Assembly (NCBI GenBank): GCA_038496445.1
Contig: JALMLS010000277.1
Span: 310,001 to 374,000, forward strand
Length of the DNA stretch: 64,000 nucleotides
Direction: 5' to 3'
DNA from: Trichosphaerium sp. ATCC 40318
Taxonomy: Eukaryota; Protista; Tubulinea
Position numbers and translations under genes: made by a program. This document shows positions 37,888 to 51,047 of the stretch, one piece after another. Below the pieces are notes generated by a model. It worked only from the letters and a program-made list of their open reading frames with translations, did not search any database and was not told where the DNA came from. The stretch's first letter is position 1; each line of letters starts with the position of its first letter.

Positions 37888-39572
37888 ATCCGTATTTGTC
37901 TTATAATGTGAACTATCAAAACCGTTTTCTCCGCTCGTCAACCGAGAAGTTTCGAGCTTGTCGTTAAGCCACTTCACGTGAAACAAGTGTACTGGGATAA
38001 ACTAAACGCCGCCATTATTCTACCGCAACGCGCAGTTGACAAGTCATCAAAGTTGAGAAAGTGAGAAAAACACGTGACTCAAGATATAAACTGAACAAAC
38101 TAAAACAAGTATGTACAGTGTGATAGCAGAAAAGTTTTCGGGTGTTAGTGTATTCCTCAAGCGTAGATAGAAAGTAACATCAAAATCTGGTGGTGTTTAT
38201 TAACGTCATCAATCCGCTTTCCTCCTCGCTTCTCCATACACTATTACAGCAAAATATAGTTGCCTCAGACCACCTCATAACACGTGGACTGGTTTTTGTC
38301 GTATTTTTTTTCACGTGAAAGCTACGAGAAGGGAAAAGGGTAAGAACTTTATAGGCTCGCTACCCAGATACCGTACGTAGCTCATGAGCGTACTGCCCGT
38401 ATGCAAAAACACAGGCAAACCCTTGTGACACTAAGTCGTCTTGATGTGTTGACGAGGAGGAGATATAAACAACAACCCTTTTAACTCGTAAATGAAAACT
38501 TACGTTTTTCTTTTTTACACGCCATGCTTGTACCTACGTTTATTTGTTCTTTAAAGCGTCTTTGTATACTTCTTTGACATGGAGAATCTAACTAGAGCAC
38601 TACTTATCGCGGAGGTATCATGTATCAACATCAGTGGAGAAAATATGAGCGGTCTTGCTTTTTTAGATAGAACGAAGGAGCGTTAGATGTTACGCTAAAC
38701 ACTTCTTTACATAATGTCTGCCGTATCAAAGAACATGGTGTAAACATATGTTACGAGGAATACGTTTGTTGCTAGCACGTGATGAACGGCGAGTGTTTTT
38801 CACAAATACAATCTTTTTTTTTGGAGTAATGGCATCATGATTTAATAACTCTATCACGTTTTTTAAGGTTTCGTAACTGTCTAGATTGCAGTCTTCTCCG
38901 GAGACTGTGCAGTACATACATCACGTCAGCGGCGAATATGTGATTTATTGGTTCTGCAGAACTTCACGTAACAACGTACTACCCCTCCTCCGGAAATCAA
39001 GCATAGAACAGTCGCCAGTGTAATAAAGATTCTAGCTTATCTTACCTAAACATTTTACTATCAAGTTTCTTGTTTACAAGTACAAGTACAGAAAATAATG
39101 ACGTTATATTATAACAGGCAGGAAAGCGTTAACTTTATCGCGCTATTAAAAGTCCGGTGTAAATTTTAAAATCCATTAATAGAGCGGTTTATTGCCGACC
39201 TTTAACAATTTTTTTTTTCCAATGATGTCAACTGCTTAATACTCTCTGTACATTGCTGTCTTCTCCGTTATGGTTACAATCCGGAATATATTCCTTACCA
39301 AACGGTGTATAAATACAGTTTGTGTTATAACAAAAAAAACCGCTAGAGCGAAAGATATAACAACAGAGATGATGAGATTTTAGATTACACTTTTATTTAC
39401 AACTTCGTTTTTTCTTTCTTTGTTATACAATATATCTACAAACTCTACACGAGAAATATATACTACATGAAGCTACACGCGCACTGGGCATGTGAATTTC
39501 TATCAAACAAGTAAGGATGGGCTTTTCTTGGTCCATACAAGGGCGTAAAAACGTTCAACACCGGCGGTCGGT

Positions 39573-42176
39573 TCAATGACACAAAATATGAGCAAGTTTC
39601 ATCGACTTTGTGTTTGTGAAGTTCTTTGTTGATGTTTGTGCAGCATACGCTCCGGAGAACCCCTGTTTACCTTGAGAGGAGTATTTCTTATCCAATGAGA
39701 ACCTCATCTTCTTTGTAGGAGGTGTTGGTGATCCATAACTCTCTTCCGGATGTCCATATGGTGTCATATACATTGGTCTTGTCTTTTGCATATAAACACG
39801 TCTAAAAAAAAAAGAAATCAATAAAATGAACCGTTACGCGGTTTTACGTAAAATAAATCACATTAATTAGAAGGTTGTCGTAATAAAAGAAAATAAACCA
39901 ATAAACACGAAGATTTTCTTTACCAAACGATTTTTTGAAAGCGAAAAAATAACAATCGAAAGTTCAGCCATTTTGGGGGGTTTTTTTTTGCTTTTGTTTC
40001 TGAAAGAGAAATGAAAAATAGAACGTACCCTTGTTGTCTTGGATAGTATTGTTGGGTTGAAGTATGATTCGTGTAAGACATTGAATGGTTCATACTATTT
40101 GGGTATTTATGCATAATATCTTTAGGAGCATTTACAAGGCGTGGGAAGTAAGGTTTGTGCCTAATTGAAAGAAAAAAGTTAACACAATCGAACGGGTTTT
40201 GGTTTTGTATTTTTTTTTTTTGGGTTGGCTTTCTTGTTTTAGACGCGCTGTAGAACGTACCTATTGTGTCTGAGGTTTATATCTGTCTTGCGTGCTAACG
40301 CATTTCTGTAATCTTTGAAAGCAGAAAATTGTGATGATCGAAGCTTAGAACACAGTCTAGGTCTTCCAGACACTTCAACAACAAGCGGTTTGATATGTAC
40401 AGGGTTTTCTGGAGTTGGTTCAGCATGTTCGGGTTGAGATCTACGCTTTCGCTTCCTACGCCTATACACATTATTAGATACACTGCAAGGAGCTGTATGA
40501 CGTGGTTTAGTAGCGTACCTCTTTGGTTTATCCGAATGTTCGGAAGATTTGAACACTGGTACTAAAGTGCTTGGATAGAAGAATTCATGCTATTGGGAGC
40601 GTTAGTTGAGGGTCAGAATGAAAGATAAAGATACGAGGGAGAAATATGAAGAGTTCAGGAGAAATTGATGAAAAACGTGAAAATGAATGTATCACGTGAT
40701 TTTTTTTTCTTTTTGTTCGTGTTGGTGTACCTTTAATACATCTTTCTCTTTTAGGTATCCAATGGCAGAGAATAATAAGTTGATTGCTCTACCGTGTATC
40801 ATTGGGTCTTTCGTCCAAAAACCAACCGTTTTACGGAAAGAAGAGAGGTCGTATTGGTCTCCAAACTCATTGTCGAATAACTTGCATACACGCCAAAGTA
40901 GCGTTTTATAACTTGGAGCTAGTTTATCAAGTGTTGGTGCCCATTGTTGTAACTAAGATGAAAAGGGTAAGCCTTTAATAGAAAAGATGCCAAGATTTAT
41001 CTCGTAAGAACAGCGTAGAAAATAAATCTACGCAAAAAATGTGCTCTTTGATGTGTACTCCCAGATTTTTTTTTGATTTTAAGGGTCACATAAAAGAATT
41101 TTCGTCGATAGAAAAGTGTTTTTAAACAATGTTCTGTGTGTGATCAAAGTAGATATTTTATTTTCAATAAAATAAAAAAATTGCGAAAAAAAAAAAATAA
41201 AAGATAAAAAAGCAAACTCAGTAAGCTCTCTATCAAGCTAGTTTAGGTATTTTTTAGTAGTCCTACTTTGCTTCTTTTCTTGGGAAGCGTATGCAGTAGA
41301 AGAATAAATCTTGATACGCTTCCACAAAGGATTTTTAATGTCAGAAGTTCGGAAAAAAAAAACATACAAGTCGTAGCTGTTGAAGATTGCCCAGAAAGTG
41401 AGTGCTGAATGGTGTTGGTCCTGATATGTACACTGCGCTATTTAATTCTACACGTGGCTTTTCTGATGCTAATCCAGTAGCTTTTGGTCGCTTGAAGCCA
41501 AGATTCTTGCGCGTCAAACAAACCTTTGATTTTTGAGATTGAATCAGTTCGTTAGGCTTGAAAAGCGATGGATTCGATGCGGTCATATGTAGCATCACCT
41601 TGTAGAGTCGTTCTATGTAAGGCTTGTGAATTTCTGATTCTTTTAACCATAATTCAAGTACAGGGGTGAAATACTGATGTTTTGCGATTGCAGCGTAGCG
41701 TTTAGAAGGTTCTTTGGCATTTTCTTGCAGTTCAGAAGTCAGTACGTTTAAGAATTCATTCCAAACGCGATTTCGAACGTCATCGCTATGTAAATCGATA
41801 TAATGGCACAGGTTACGCATCCTTTCGATCTGTAGAGGAAATGCACTTTGAGTTTTTTGACTGTTGCTGTTACATTTATACATATCAGGCATAATGTCAT
41901 TGCTCAGGCGTCCAGAACAGTCCCCGGAGTACATGCTACGTGTCGTTTCGCGATTTTTGTTGATTGATTTTTGAAACCTCCTGATATTGCTTGAGTCCTT
42001 ACTATCTACGTATAGGACCCGTGATGGTGTATGTAACGATCTGTGTCGGTAAGAAGATTCTTTGAGCATGAGCTTTGATGCCCTGTTGCGTCTTGTGATT
42101 TGCCTTTAAAAGAGTAGAAAATTGCGAATTAATATGAGTTTTCTTAGGCCCTATCTACGCACAAATGTGGCACCAT
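39573..42176 (-). CDS. Hypothetical basic/low-complexity, probably nuclear protein (one or two genes; model unresolved around 40950-41330)
   Basis: ATG 42176 splices in frame into the 242-aa ORF; downstream exons contain RRRKRKRR (NLS-like) and end in MKLAHILCH*. Confidence 0.5.
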
Positions 42177-42864
42177 ACTGATTCTCCGTAGCTCACAGGG
42201 CTGTGTACGTGTAATTAGACTCTAAGTAGTACTCGTGTACATTTAACTATTGGTAGAGTGAACTGAAGAATGTTTATGGCAAAACGCTTTGTAACTTATG
42301 GCAACGTGTTTATATAACATCCTAGTGAGGCATGAACGTGTTTTGATCTTAATCAAAGCAATTGTGTAAACGAAAGATTTACAACATTTTTTTTCGTTTT
42401 TTGTTTTTTTTCAGGAACACCGAAAAATTAATGAATTACTTTTGTCATACCTCTAATACCCTTTATACTTCGCAAAAAAAAAAATTTATTGAATGCATGC
42501 TAAGCGAAGTTCCGTATAATTTCAAAAGTTAATTTAAAACCGCGCATCTTCACACTATGACGCCACCATATAATATCATAATGCTCCATAGGCCCTTTTT
42601 ACCCTTTTTTGTAAGATCAAAAAAGAAAAAGTAATGAAAGTGTTCGAGCAAACCGCCTTCTCTGCCCCAAAACCCTCGTCATCTTAGAGTACTCTTTCTT
42701 CTTTCTTTTTCTTTTTGTCACGCGATAATAAGTGTTTCGTGCCAAAGAGCCAATCCCACACTATACGGTTTTTTTTGGCCGAACAAGTCGAAGTAAAAAA
42801 AAAAAGAAATAAAGGGCCAAAAGAGAAAAAAAAAACTGCATCGTCTCTTGCATGTATAACTTCA

Positions 42865-45800
42865 CTAGTTGATGCCAAAATCATCCCGGTCTCCGGCTAC
42901 TGGTATATCCGCGCGTTCTGTTGTAACAAAGTCATAGTTCGAAGGCGGAGGTGGCATATCAGGAGCACAATCGGGGACAGTTATACCAGCCAAGTCCAAT
43001 AACCGGACTTTCGTTTCAATATCAACAAGCAACGTCACTTCCTTGTAATGTGCTTCCTCTCCCAATGGCTTTCCAAGCCATGCTCTCAAAGCATCCGCAA
43101 CAATAGCATAGTCATCCTATGATACGTAAGCGCGCACTCCGCTACAAAACAACCCAAAAAAAACTAGTAGAATTCTTGTGTGTCATAAATACTTTTTTTC
43201 AATAATTAACAAGAACCATTTGGTTGTTAATTAACTTTTTGCAAAGACCGTACCATGGTTTGTGCAATCAATGCGTCCATAGTTACGCCGTTTTTAGCGT
43301 CGATGAAGAACGTCCGTGATACGATGCCTGGATCTACATTTTTGGCTTTTTGAATATGAGGCACGTGAGAACGAACTAAAAGACCCGACACTTCGGACTT
43401 TGAAACTACAGGGTTACTGTTAGAATAATAATACTTCACGTTAACTTTGTTCACAATAGGGAGGGGTTATTACGTACTTTTGTTTGTGAATACAGTTGGA
43501 ACATTGTTTGGTGCTAATGTAGGCTCCCATGACAGTTCCTGCTGATTTTGTGAAAGTTTAATATAAATATAAGGTGCTGTTGTTTTCTTGTTCTTTTTCT
43601 GCGTTGAGGAGAACGTTTGTAAGCATTTACCATCCTACGGAGAATATATGTGAGCTCGTAACGTATTTGTATGGAAAATAAATTAACGGTAAACCAATTA
43701 CACAGTTATGAATCTACAAAAAAAAAAAGAAAGAAAAAAAACATCATGGGAAGATTGGTCATCTAGAAGGGAGCTCACCTGGAGATGTAGGATCTTTTGG
43801 GCTTCGACCATATTAATCAACTCATTTTTTATCTCATTCTTAAGCTGTTTAACCTGCGGAGGGTCCTGGGGCCTTGGTGTAGCTTGCGGAAACGCTACGG
43901 GGTATTTTTTTTAGACCAGTAAAAAAAATTCATGAAAGTATTTATTTAAATAAGTTTGTTCGTACCAGTTGTGTCTTTTGTAGCTAGTGAGTTGAATGTA
44001 TCTATTGTCGCTGGTTCTTTAGATAATATAGCTTCAAGTTGTTTCTTTACAGCCGCTAGAACCTAAAACATGACGTCATTTCCACGGAAAAACTCGAAAA
44101 AAAAATACCTTTGGAAAGTCCATATACGAAGCTTTCATCTCGTCCCATGTATAGTCAAGCATTTGAAATGCAATGCAGTAAATCTCTTGAAAAGCTTGAG
44201 GTTGGTCAAAGAGAACGCTATAAATATATTAGACGCATTTCTTGTCATTACAGAACAGTAGAAAGGATTGTGAAAAAAAAGATTAGAAAAACAAACTTTT
44301 TTTGTGCATGGTTCAAACAAGATACAGGGTTTAATTTGGGTTAGTACACAACGTACCGGTACACGCGGTCAATTTGATTGGAGGCAGGGTTAACACCATT
44401 AGCAAGGGCGTTAGAACATTTAACAACGTCAAAAATCTGGTATAATGCTTGTGTAACATTTATACCAACAACTGCAACAGGATAATCTCTTTCTTTACGC
44501 GACGCTTGTTCTAATACTATTTCCTAAGAAGAAGAAGTTCATTTAGCTCCAGAACGTGATTTTGTGGACACAAAAAAATAAAAAATTTTCATTTTGATAG
44601 TTCCTTTTTTTTTCATTTTCTTCAGAAGTATCATTGTTGTCAAATTGCTGTCATTGTACCCTTAGCACATCAGGTTTGTTCTCAGCAAAATACAATAAAT
44701 TATTGAGGCCAAGTAATCCCATACCTATGCGTAAATATAAGAAACAGCAATGCGAACAACTTGTTAAAAGAGAAGGCATTTGAAAAAAAAAAAATAAAAG
44801 GAAAAGAAATAATACCTCTGAAATCAGTCCCAGGGTCAACATTTTGAAATCCCATTGTCTTCCACTGCTCAGAAACACGACTGACTAACGTTTCATCTGG
44901 AAATACAGAAGTCCATAACTTCATTAATTTCGCTTCATGTTCTGCATTTGTTTTATCATATTGTTCAGATGCTTGACGCATAATCTTGCGTAATTTGAAG
45001 CTCTATGATAAGAAATAAATAAATAACAGCGTCTCTTTCGCAACAAAATGTCAAGCAGATGAGTACCTGTAACACATACATCTGCTTTCGTAAATTTACA
45101 TCATGTATTAACCTAGAAATTTTCTAAAGAGGAAAAAAATGTTAGCAAGAAAGACAAGTTTTAGGTGAAAAGAAAGACAGTTTTGGAAAAAAGTTTCATG
45201 AATAACTTTTCATCGTCAAGGCACGTCTTCGACAGAGAATTAAATGTTTGTGCATGCTGCCTTGATTACAGGCATTAATTACGTGCCTTGATCATCTTGG
45301 AAAAATTGAGATTTTCCAATGCTGCTGTTAGCGATTTCGCGTATTCCACGTCTGGACAGTGATAATATAACGTATTAATTAATCTCAGGGCACTAGCTTG
45401 AACCTTATAAAATAATAAGCACAAAAAAAAAAAGTAAAAAATTATTGCTCGCATACAGTAACATCAGTGTTGCTCAAACAATTGACAACAGTGCTATAAG
45501 GAGGTGTAGATTCTCCTTGAGACACAACTCTAATATTTCGATCTACAGATATGAATCCAAACCGCTCAGAACTAAAAAACAATAAGAAATTACCAAAACA
45601 ATATTTCAAAAAAATACCTCGCGAAATCTGCGGCCAATTGAAGTACGTTCTGGGCTACCTTGCCTTTTGGGCTACTCAAATGTACAAAAACATTCTTCTA
45701 AATGAAATTATGAGCGAATTAGAAGGAAATCCGATAACTTTATCGTACCGCAACGAATTCCTCTGTAAGCTTGTCCCATTCTCTGTTATATTGCAAAGCT

Positions 45801-46632
45801 AGATGTAGAGCATGCAAACCATAAGCTAATGCACTTCCTAATACGCACGTGGTAAGTGCCAAACTTGAACAAATCAAAACCGAAAAAAAAAAAAAACTAA
45901 CCTTCCGCTTTCGTAATGACATCCAATAAACTAACCATACCGCCCATCGACAAGAACTTGTTTGCAAAGGTCGGGTTCTATACAGTGAAATGAATAACAA
46001 CAAGCGATCAAAATCAAATATAGCCTTTAAGGTGCTTGCGTAGGCCATTTTTTTGACGTTTAGTTTTTTTTTTGATTTTGTTTTTTTTTTTGAAATAAAA
46101 AATATTTGTGTGAATTAACAATGGTTTGTGGAGCTTGCGTGATCGAGAGCTCAAAATGTTTAAGAGTCAATTGCGTCCACATGTCTTTTTTTGATTTTGA
46201 ATTAAAGTGCCAACGTACCGGTAATTGATTTCGTAGTTCCCATACTACAAGTCTCGCCTTTTTTGCGTCCGCTCGCAAGTTTTCTAGCGCTTGTTTGGCG
46301 TTTACTTCGGGAGAAACCGTGAGATGCAGCACAGCGCCGCTGTTTAGCTGGAAATTTGGGTTTGTAAGGTCCTACCAACGTTGAACATATTATCAAGAAC
46401 GAACGATATTTTTTAGCGGTAGATTCCGCTTTGTTTTGTGTATAGTTGGTGCCTGTACCTGTTGAGTTAGGTATTGCTTAGTGGTGGCAACTTGAAGCGC
46501 ATAATCTTTACATTTATTTGGGGCAATACCTGCGAGTATACATATACACTCAATACTGTACGGAAGCGATGCACTCAAATTAAAGTCGTAATCAATAACG
46601 GTGCGTTCAAAGTGTACTTTGACCTTTACCAT
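42865..46632 (-). CDS. ELMO: ELMO/CED-12 (engulfment and cell motility) protein, full-length type
   Basis: HEAKLMKLW...WKTMGFQNVDPGTDFR..GMGLLGLNNLLYF, YPVAVVGINVT; C-terminal RLLDLAGI...PPPPSNYDF as in ELMO1. Confidence 0.9.
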
Positions 46633-46777
46633 AGTGTAGATAGCATGCAATTTATAGATAGCGGGTCTCCATTCATACAAAAAGAGGAAAGTTGTAAAAA
46701 GTCAAATCTCAAAGAAATAAGGCGCAAAACGTTATTACACCAAGGCTTCTCAGAGTGCACGCGTAGTAAATAAGTAG

Positions 46778-47690
46778 CAGCTACAGCATGCTGATTTTGA
46801 CTGGTACAGTGAACAGTTTTACCAAATCAAAAGTTGCTCAAATCCTCGTCCTCAACCTTTGATTTCGCGGTGTCCTTTGGTTTTGTGTTGATCTTGGTGC
46901 TCTTTTTTGATACACGTTTACGTCTCTTCTTTGGTGCTCGTCTGAGATGCACATGCTTTATTACTACGCAAAGCGGTTACAGGCGTGTGGTGTGACTATC
47001 GTGACAGATAAAGTTGGTCTTTACAAGTACCTAGTGTGCTTTGTCTTGCTGCATTTGCAGTGTTTGCTGCCGAAAATGCGCCAGATGCATTGCTTGCGCC
47101 TGTGAAGGCACCGGTCTTGGCAATATTTTGTGTGACACTTTGACTTTTAGCGCTCTGAGCAAACGTAATGCCTTTCTCCAAAAGGAACTCTCCACCGTCA
47201 AAGAAACCTTTTGCACCGATCTCTACATGAATAAGCACAAAGATTGGTTTAATCTGTTGTTAACAAATAAAACGTTGCGCATACGCAGGTACGGGTTAAC
47301 TAGTTTTGGTTCAATCCATCCTCGTAGCCTAAAGTTACAAATTAATGAGTTTAGGTTCAACAACAACGTACGATAAGTGCACCCAACGTCGCAAGCCTGC
47401 GCAGCCTATAGAAACTATGTATGGTTAACGAAAGTTTTTTTTGTAGCGTGTAGTACGTAATGCGCCATCAAACAACATTGTGGTGATAAACCTAGCACGT
47501 GTCAGGTCATTCGAGTATAGCTACGCACCCCATAGTAAGCAGCAAACTACTTTTGTACTGCTCAAACGTATGCTTCTCTGAACCGTTTGACAAGACTTGT
47601 CAGTTGGTGAGAGTATGTGCTGTGCGTTGGCGCCTATGAAATTTGTGTATAGTTCAGCGCACAAAATGCCTTTCTTAATACTCTGCATTT
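46778..47690 (-). CDS. Small multi-exon hypothetical gene (ends approximate)
   Basis: Open exon 46996-47238 and Lys-rich last exon, bounded by GT/AG sites; 5' model unresolved. Confidence 0.35.
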
Positions 47691-47714
47691 TAGTCTCTTT
47701 TCCTCACTTTAACA

Positions 47715-49341
47715 ATGTCTCACGAGCCATCAGTTAACTATGTACCTTCGGAATTGACGCTTGCTACGCGCAATGCAGGTACACCGGTTATTTGTCAATT
47801 AGGGTTTTAACAGGCTAGGTATACCTCTGGAGGCATTGAAACACGCCATTACGCCAGTGGGCCTTCATTACTTGCTCGGTCACTACGGTACGTGCTCTGT
47901 CGTGCTAAAAACGCTCACAAATCATAGATATACCCGTAATTGATAGCAAGAAGTACGCTCTTGAGATAAATGGCAAAGTAGGCACGTCTTACCTACTTTA
48001 AAGCAAACACGCTAAATCTAGACTGCCAGGTAAATCCTTGAAGCTAACGTTGGATGATATAAAATCAAGACCCAAAGTAACTCAAGCAGTCACATTAGGT
48101 AATTCCGAAATGCGTTAAAACTTGCTTTTTACGCTTACAGACCTTCAGAATGTGCTGGAAATGGTAGATCTTTAGTATCACCACGTAAAATAAGCCAACC
48201 ATGGATCTATAATGCTGTTGGCACTTATGAATGGACAGGAACTCCACTTGGACCGATACTGAAAGAAGCAGGTACGTGCTATTATCGACAATATCACGTG
48301 ATTACTTCTATTTCTTTTCGAATTTCTTAGCGTTCCTACTTTTAGGTATTGGTGATGGTGCGGTCGATGTTGTCTTTACTGGAATGGATAAGGGTATGGA
48401 AGGCGTACTACAGTACTACCAGCGAAAGTTGACAGTGGCGCAAGCCATGGAGGAGGTATGTAGACAGTTAAAAAATATTATTGAGTAACAATTTCTTTAG
48501 CAAGTGATGCTTGCTTATGAAATGAACGGCATACCTCTGTTACCACAGCATGGCGCGCCACTTCGTCTAGTAGTTCCAGGATGGTAATAGAATATTCTAA
48601 GTACTTTTTCATAACTGATTGCGTAGGTACGGAATGGCAAGCGTTAAAGTGCGTGACAACTTGGGCTGTTAAAAAAATTTCTTCAGAAAATTGTTTTTTT
48701 GATAAAGAGCTAACTCTGATAGTGGCTTGCACGTATTGAAGTGGTTGATTTCAACTTTAATGGTCCACAACAACAATCGTATACCTTTAGACAGTCAAGT
48801 ACAAGTCCTAGGACAGAAGTAACCGAAATTTCAGTTAGATCACTTATGGTACCTCCTGGTATCCCAACTTTCTTGAAGCGTCACAGATTAGTGACAGTGG
48901 GTACTGTAGAGATTACGTAAGCTTAGTAATTTAATTACATGTTCTTTTAAATACTTACAACATTCGCAAGAGGCCGCGCTTGGGCTGGTAGCAAGGCTAT
49001 CACAAAAGTAGAGTTTTCTTCGGATAACGGTGCTACTTGGAAGGATGCAACCATTGAAAAAGATTCTACGTTATCGAAGTATGCTTGGACTGGTTGGTCA
49101 GTTTCTTGGGATGCCAAAGAAGGTAGTTTGATTGTTGATATACTTTTGCTTTTCTAATGTTTTTTTGGAAAAAGGCGACTGTGTTTTGCGTTGTAGAGCA
49201 ACAGATGATGCTGGTAATGTACAACCGGAAGAATGTGAATGGAATTATGGTGGTTATGCTGTTAATCCATGGCAAAAAGTTATTGTCAAGGTAGTACCTA
49301 AAGCAGAACTAGAATTGAACAGAGATGCCAAAAAATGGTAA
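47715..49341 (+). CDS. Sulfite oxidase-family molybdoenzyme (Moco + dimerisation domains, no heme domain)
   Basis: ELTLATRNAGIPLEAL..ITPVGLHYLL..YDIP; ECAGNGR Mo-ligand Cys (48148-48168); HGAPLRLVVPGWYGMASVKWL; RATDDAGNVQP, WNYGGY. Confidence 0.92.
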
Positions 49342-49614
49342 AAAAAACCGTTTCGGAGATTTTTTTCAAAGTCTGTTGGTATTGTTCCGAGATGTAAATG
49401 TCTTATTAAAACAACATTGAGAAAAAGATGTAATTTTATGTTGCTTGATGACTACGTCGATCACAAGGACAAGTACTGCAACTATGACAGTAATCGTGAT
49501 GGAGATAAAAAATGAAGGATTGGAGAAAATGAAACGTGAAGTAATGCGGGCTGATACAATAACATAAATGATAATTGCTTTTGTTAAGCCAGGAAGAGTT
49601 TATAAACTTATTAT

Positions 49615-50410
49615 TTAAATAATGCCGTTGAGGGTAATTTTGCCAAAATAACGTAAAGTCCCTCGGTAATCTGAAGCACTGTAAGGATAGATACGAATTG
49701 TCGCTGAGGTTGTAGCAACAGTGCCAGATGAGAAATCGATTTGAAGTCCTGCTGCGAATGGTCTGGAGGGAACTGAGCTTGGACCAAACTTAACGAAAGC
49801 TCCGCCGTCAATAGAAACCTGAAAGCTGAATCCCCTTGGTCCCTTGCTACTACTTCTATGATGGAACCTGTGAAAGAGAAGCAAATAAGCTAGTTGCAAC
49901 AAAAAATCACATGAATGTGTTCAATCAAAAAAAAATACTGTCTACTTACATAACGTTACTAAGTGTCGTGGCTGCGGAGGTTGTAAAACCAAACTCAAGA
50001 TATTCCGATAGCGCAACAGCATCTTCCAGTGTATTCCCAGGTTTGAATCCTATTTGGTTGTTAAACATGGCGCTACGAGTTGGGTTTTTTCAGTTCAAAA
50101 CAAAAACCATCAGAGTGAGATTGTAAAAAAAGCTGCTAAGATGCGTTTTGTACCTGCTGAGTTAAACGCGTTCTTTGTTGCTCTTTCGTATATACCACTC
50201 CCTCTCACGAATGCACCTGGTGTAATCTCACATGCAGATGAACTGGCCGTTAGAAACGGCGCCTCTGTGGCATCGTATTCAACAAGTACGACCTAAAAGT
50301 AAACAGTTTAGATTTCTGTGTACAACAGTTTCCGGAGTTCTGGAGATGTAACGTACTTGACTTACTACAAGATGTAGTACAGCAACAAATATGATAGAGA
50401 AGGTACGCAT
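49615..50410 (-). CDS. Small secreted beta-sandwich protein, bacterial surface-domain-like
   Basis: Signal peptide MRTFSIIFVAVLHLVVS; YLEFGFT..RSSSKGPRGFSFQVSIDG..TIRIY..ITLNG. Confidence 0.6.
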
Positions 50411-51047
50411 GTTGTTTGTGATAACTACGTTGTACGTTTGTTTTCGTCCATTCATTGAAACTGTTCCGACACGAGGAGTCTCTTAAAAAAACGTGATCGC
50501 CCGTGCATTGTTACATTTCACGTACCATCTCGACGGTTCTTTATATTCCGTGGTTGATTTAAGCTACGGCTATGGGTTTTTCAATAATGGCCTGAGTTAG
50601 CTGCCTCTTTAAAGGTTACTGCTATTCCAAAGGCCGCAGAGTTGAGTTAAAACAAACAAGCGAACTATAAATAAAAATGTTTGCAGAATTTGCATTACCC
50701 ACAACCTGGCAGTACTCAAAAAAGCTGCTAACAAAGTAACCAAAAACACTGCTATAAATGTTAATTGTTTAATATCAATTAGGTTTGCTGCCACCGGGGC
50801 CTGTACATGGGTGTTTATTTTCTATTTTTCTAGAAATTTTAGGTGCAATGTTTTTACCACTCCACCTCCCTACTTTATATAATCATATGATCCAGATTAT
50901 TCGATTACAACATGTCCATTTCTATCATAAGCAACCGCCGTTTGGTTGAAGATGTCCTTTAGTAAATCACGTGATTCTAAGGGCCACACTTGTTAAGAGT
51001 ACCGGTTTTGCAAATGTGATAATACAACAGTTTTGTTACAAATAAAA

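Noticed and set aside
38000-39500. Gene or ncRNA in the 1.5-kb gap
   Set aside because: Only short ORFs and no convincing stems or box motifs; left unassigned
40940-41330. Non-standard genetic code (TAG reassigned)
   Set aside because: TAG ends the GST (32891-32893), cytochrome b5 (58443-58445) and PH-TIPE genes at expected positions, and long conserved exons need no readthrough
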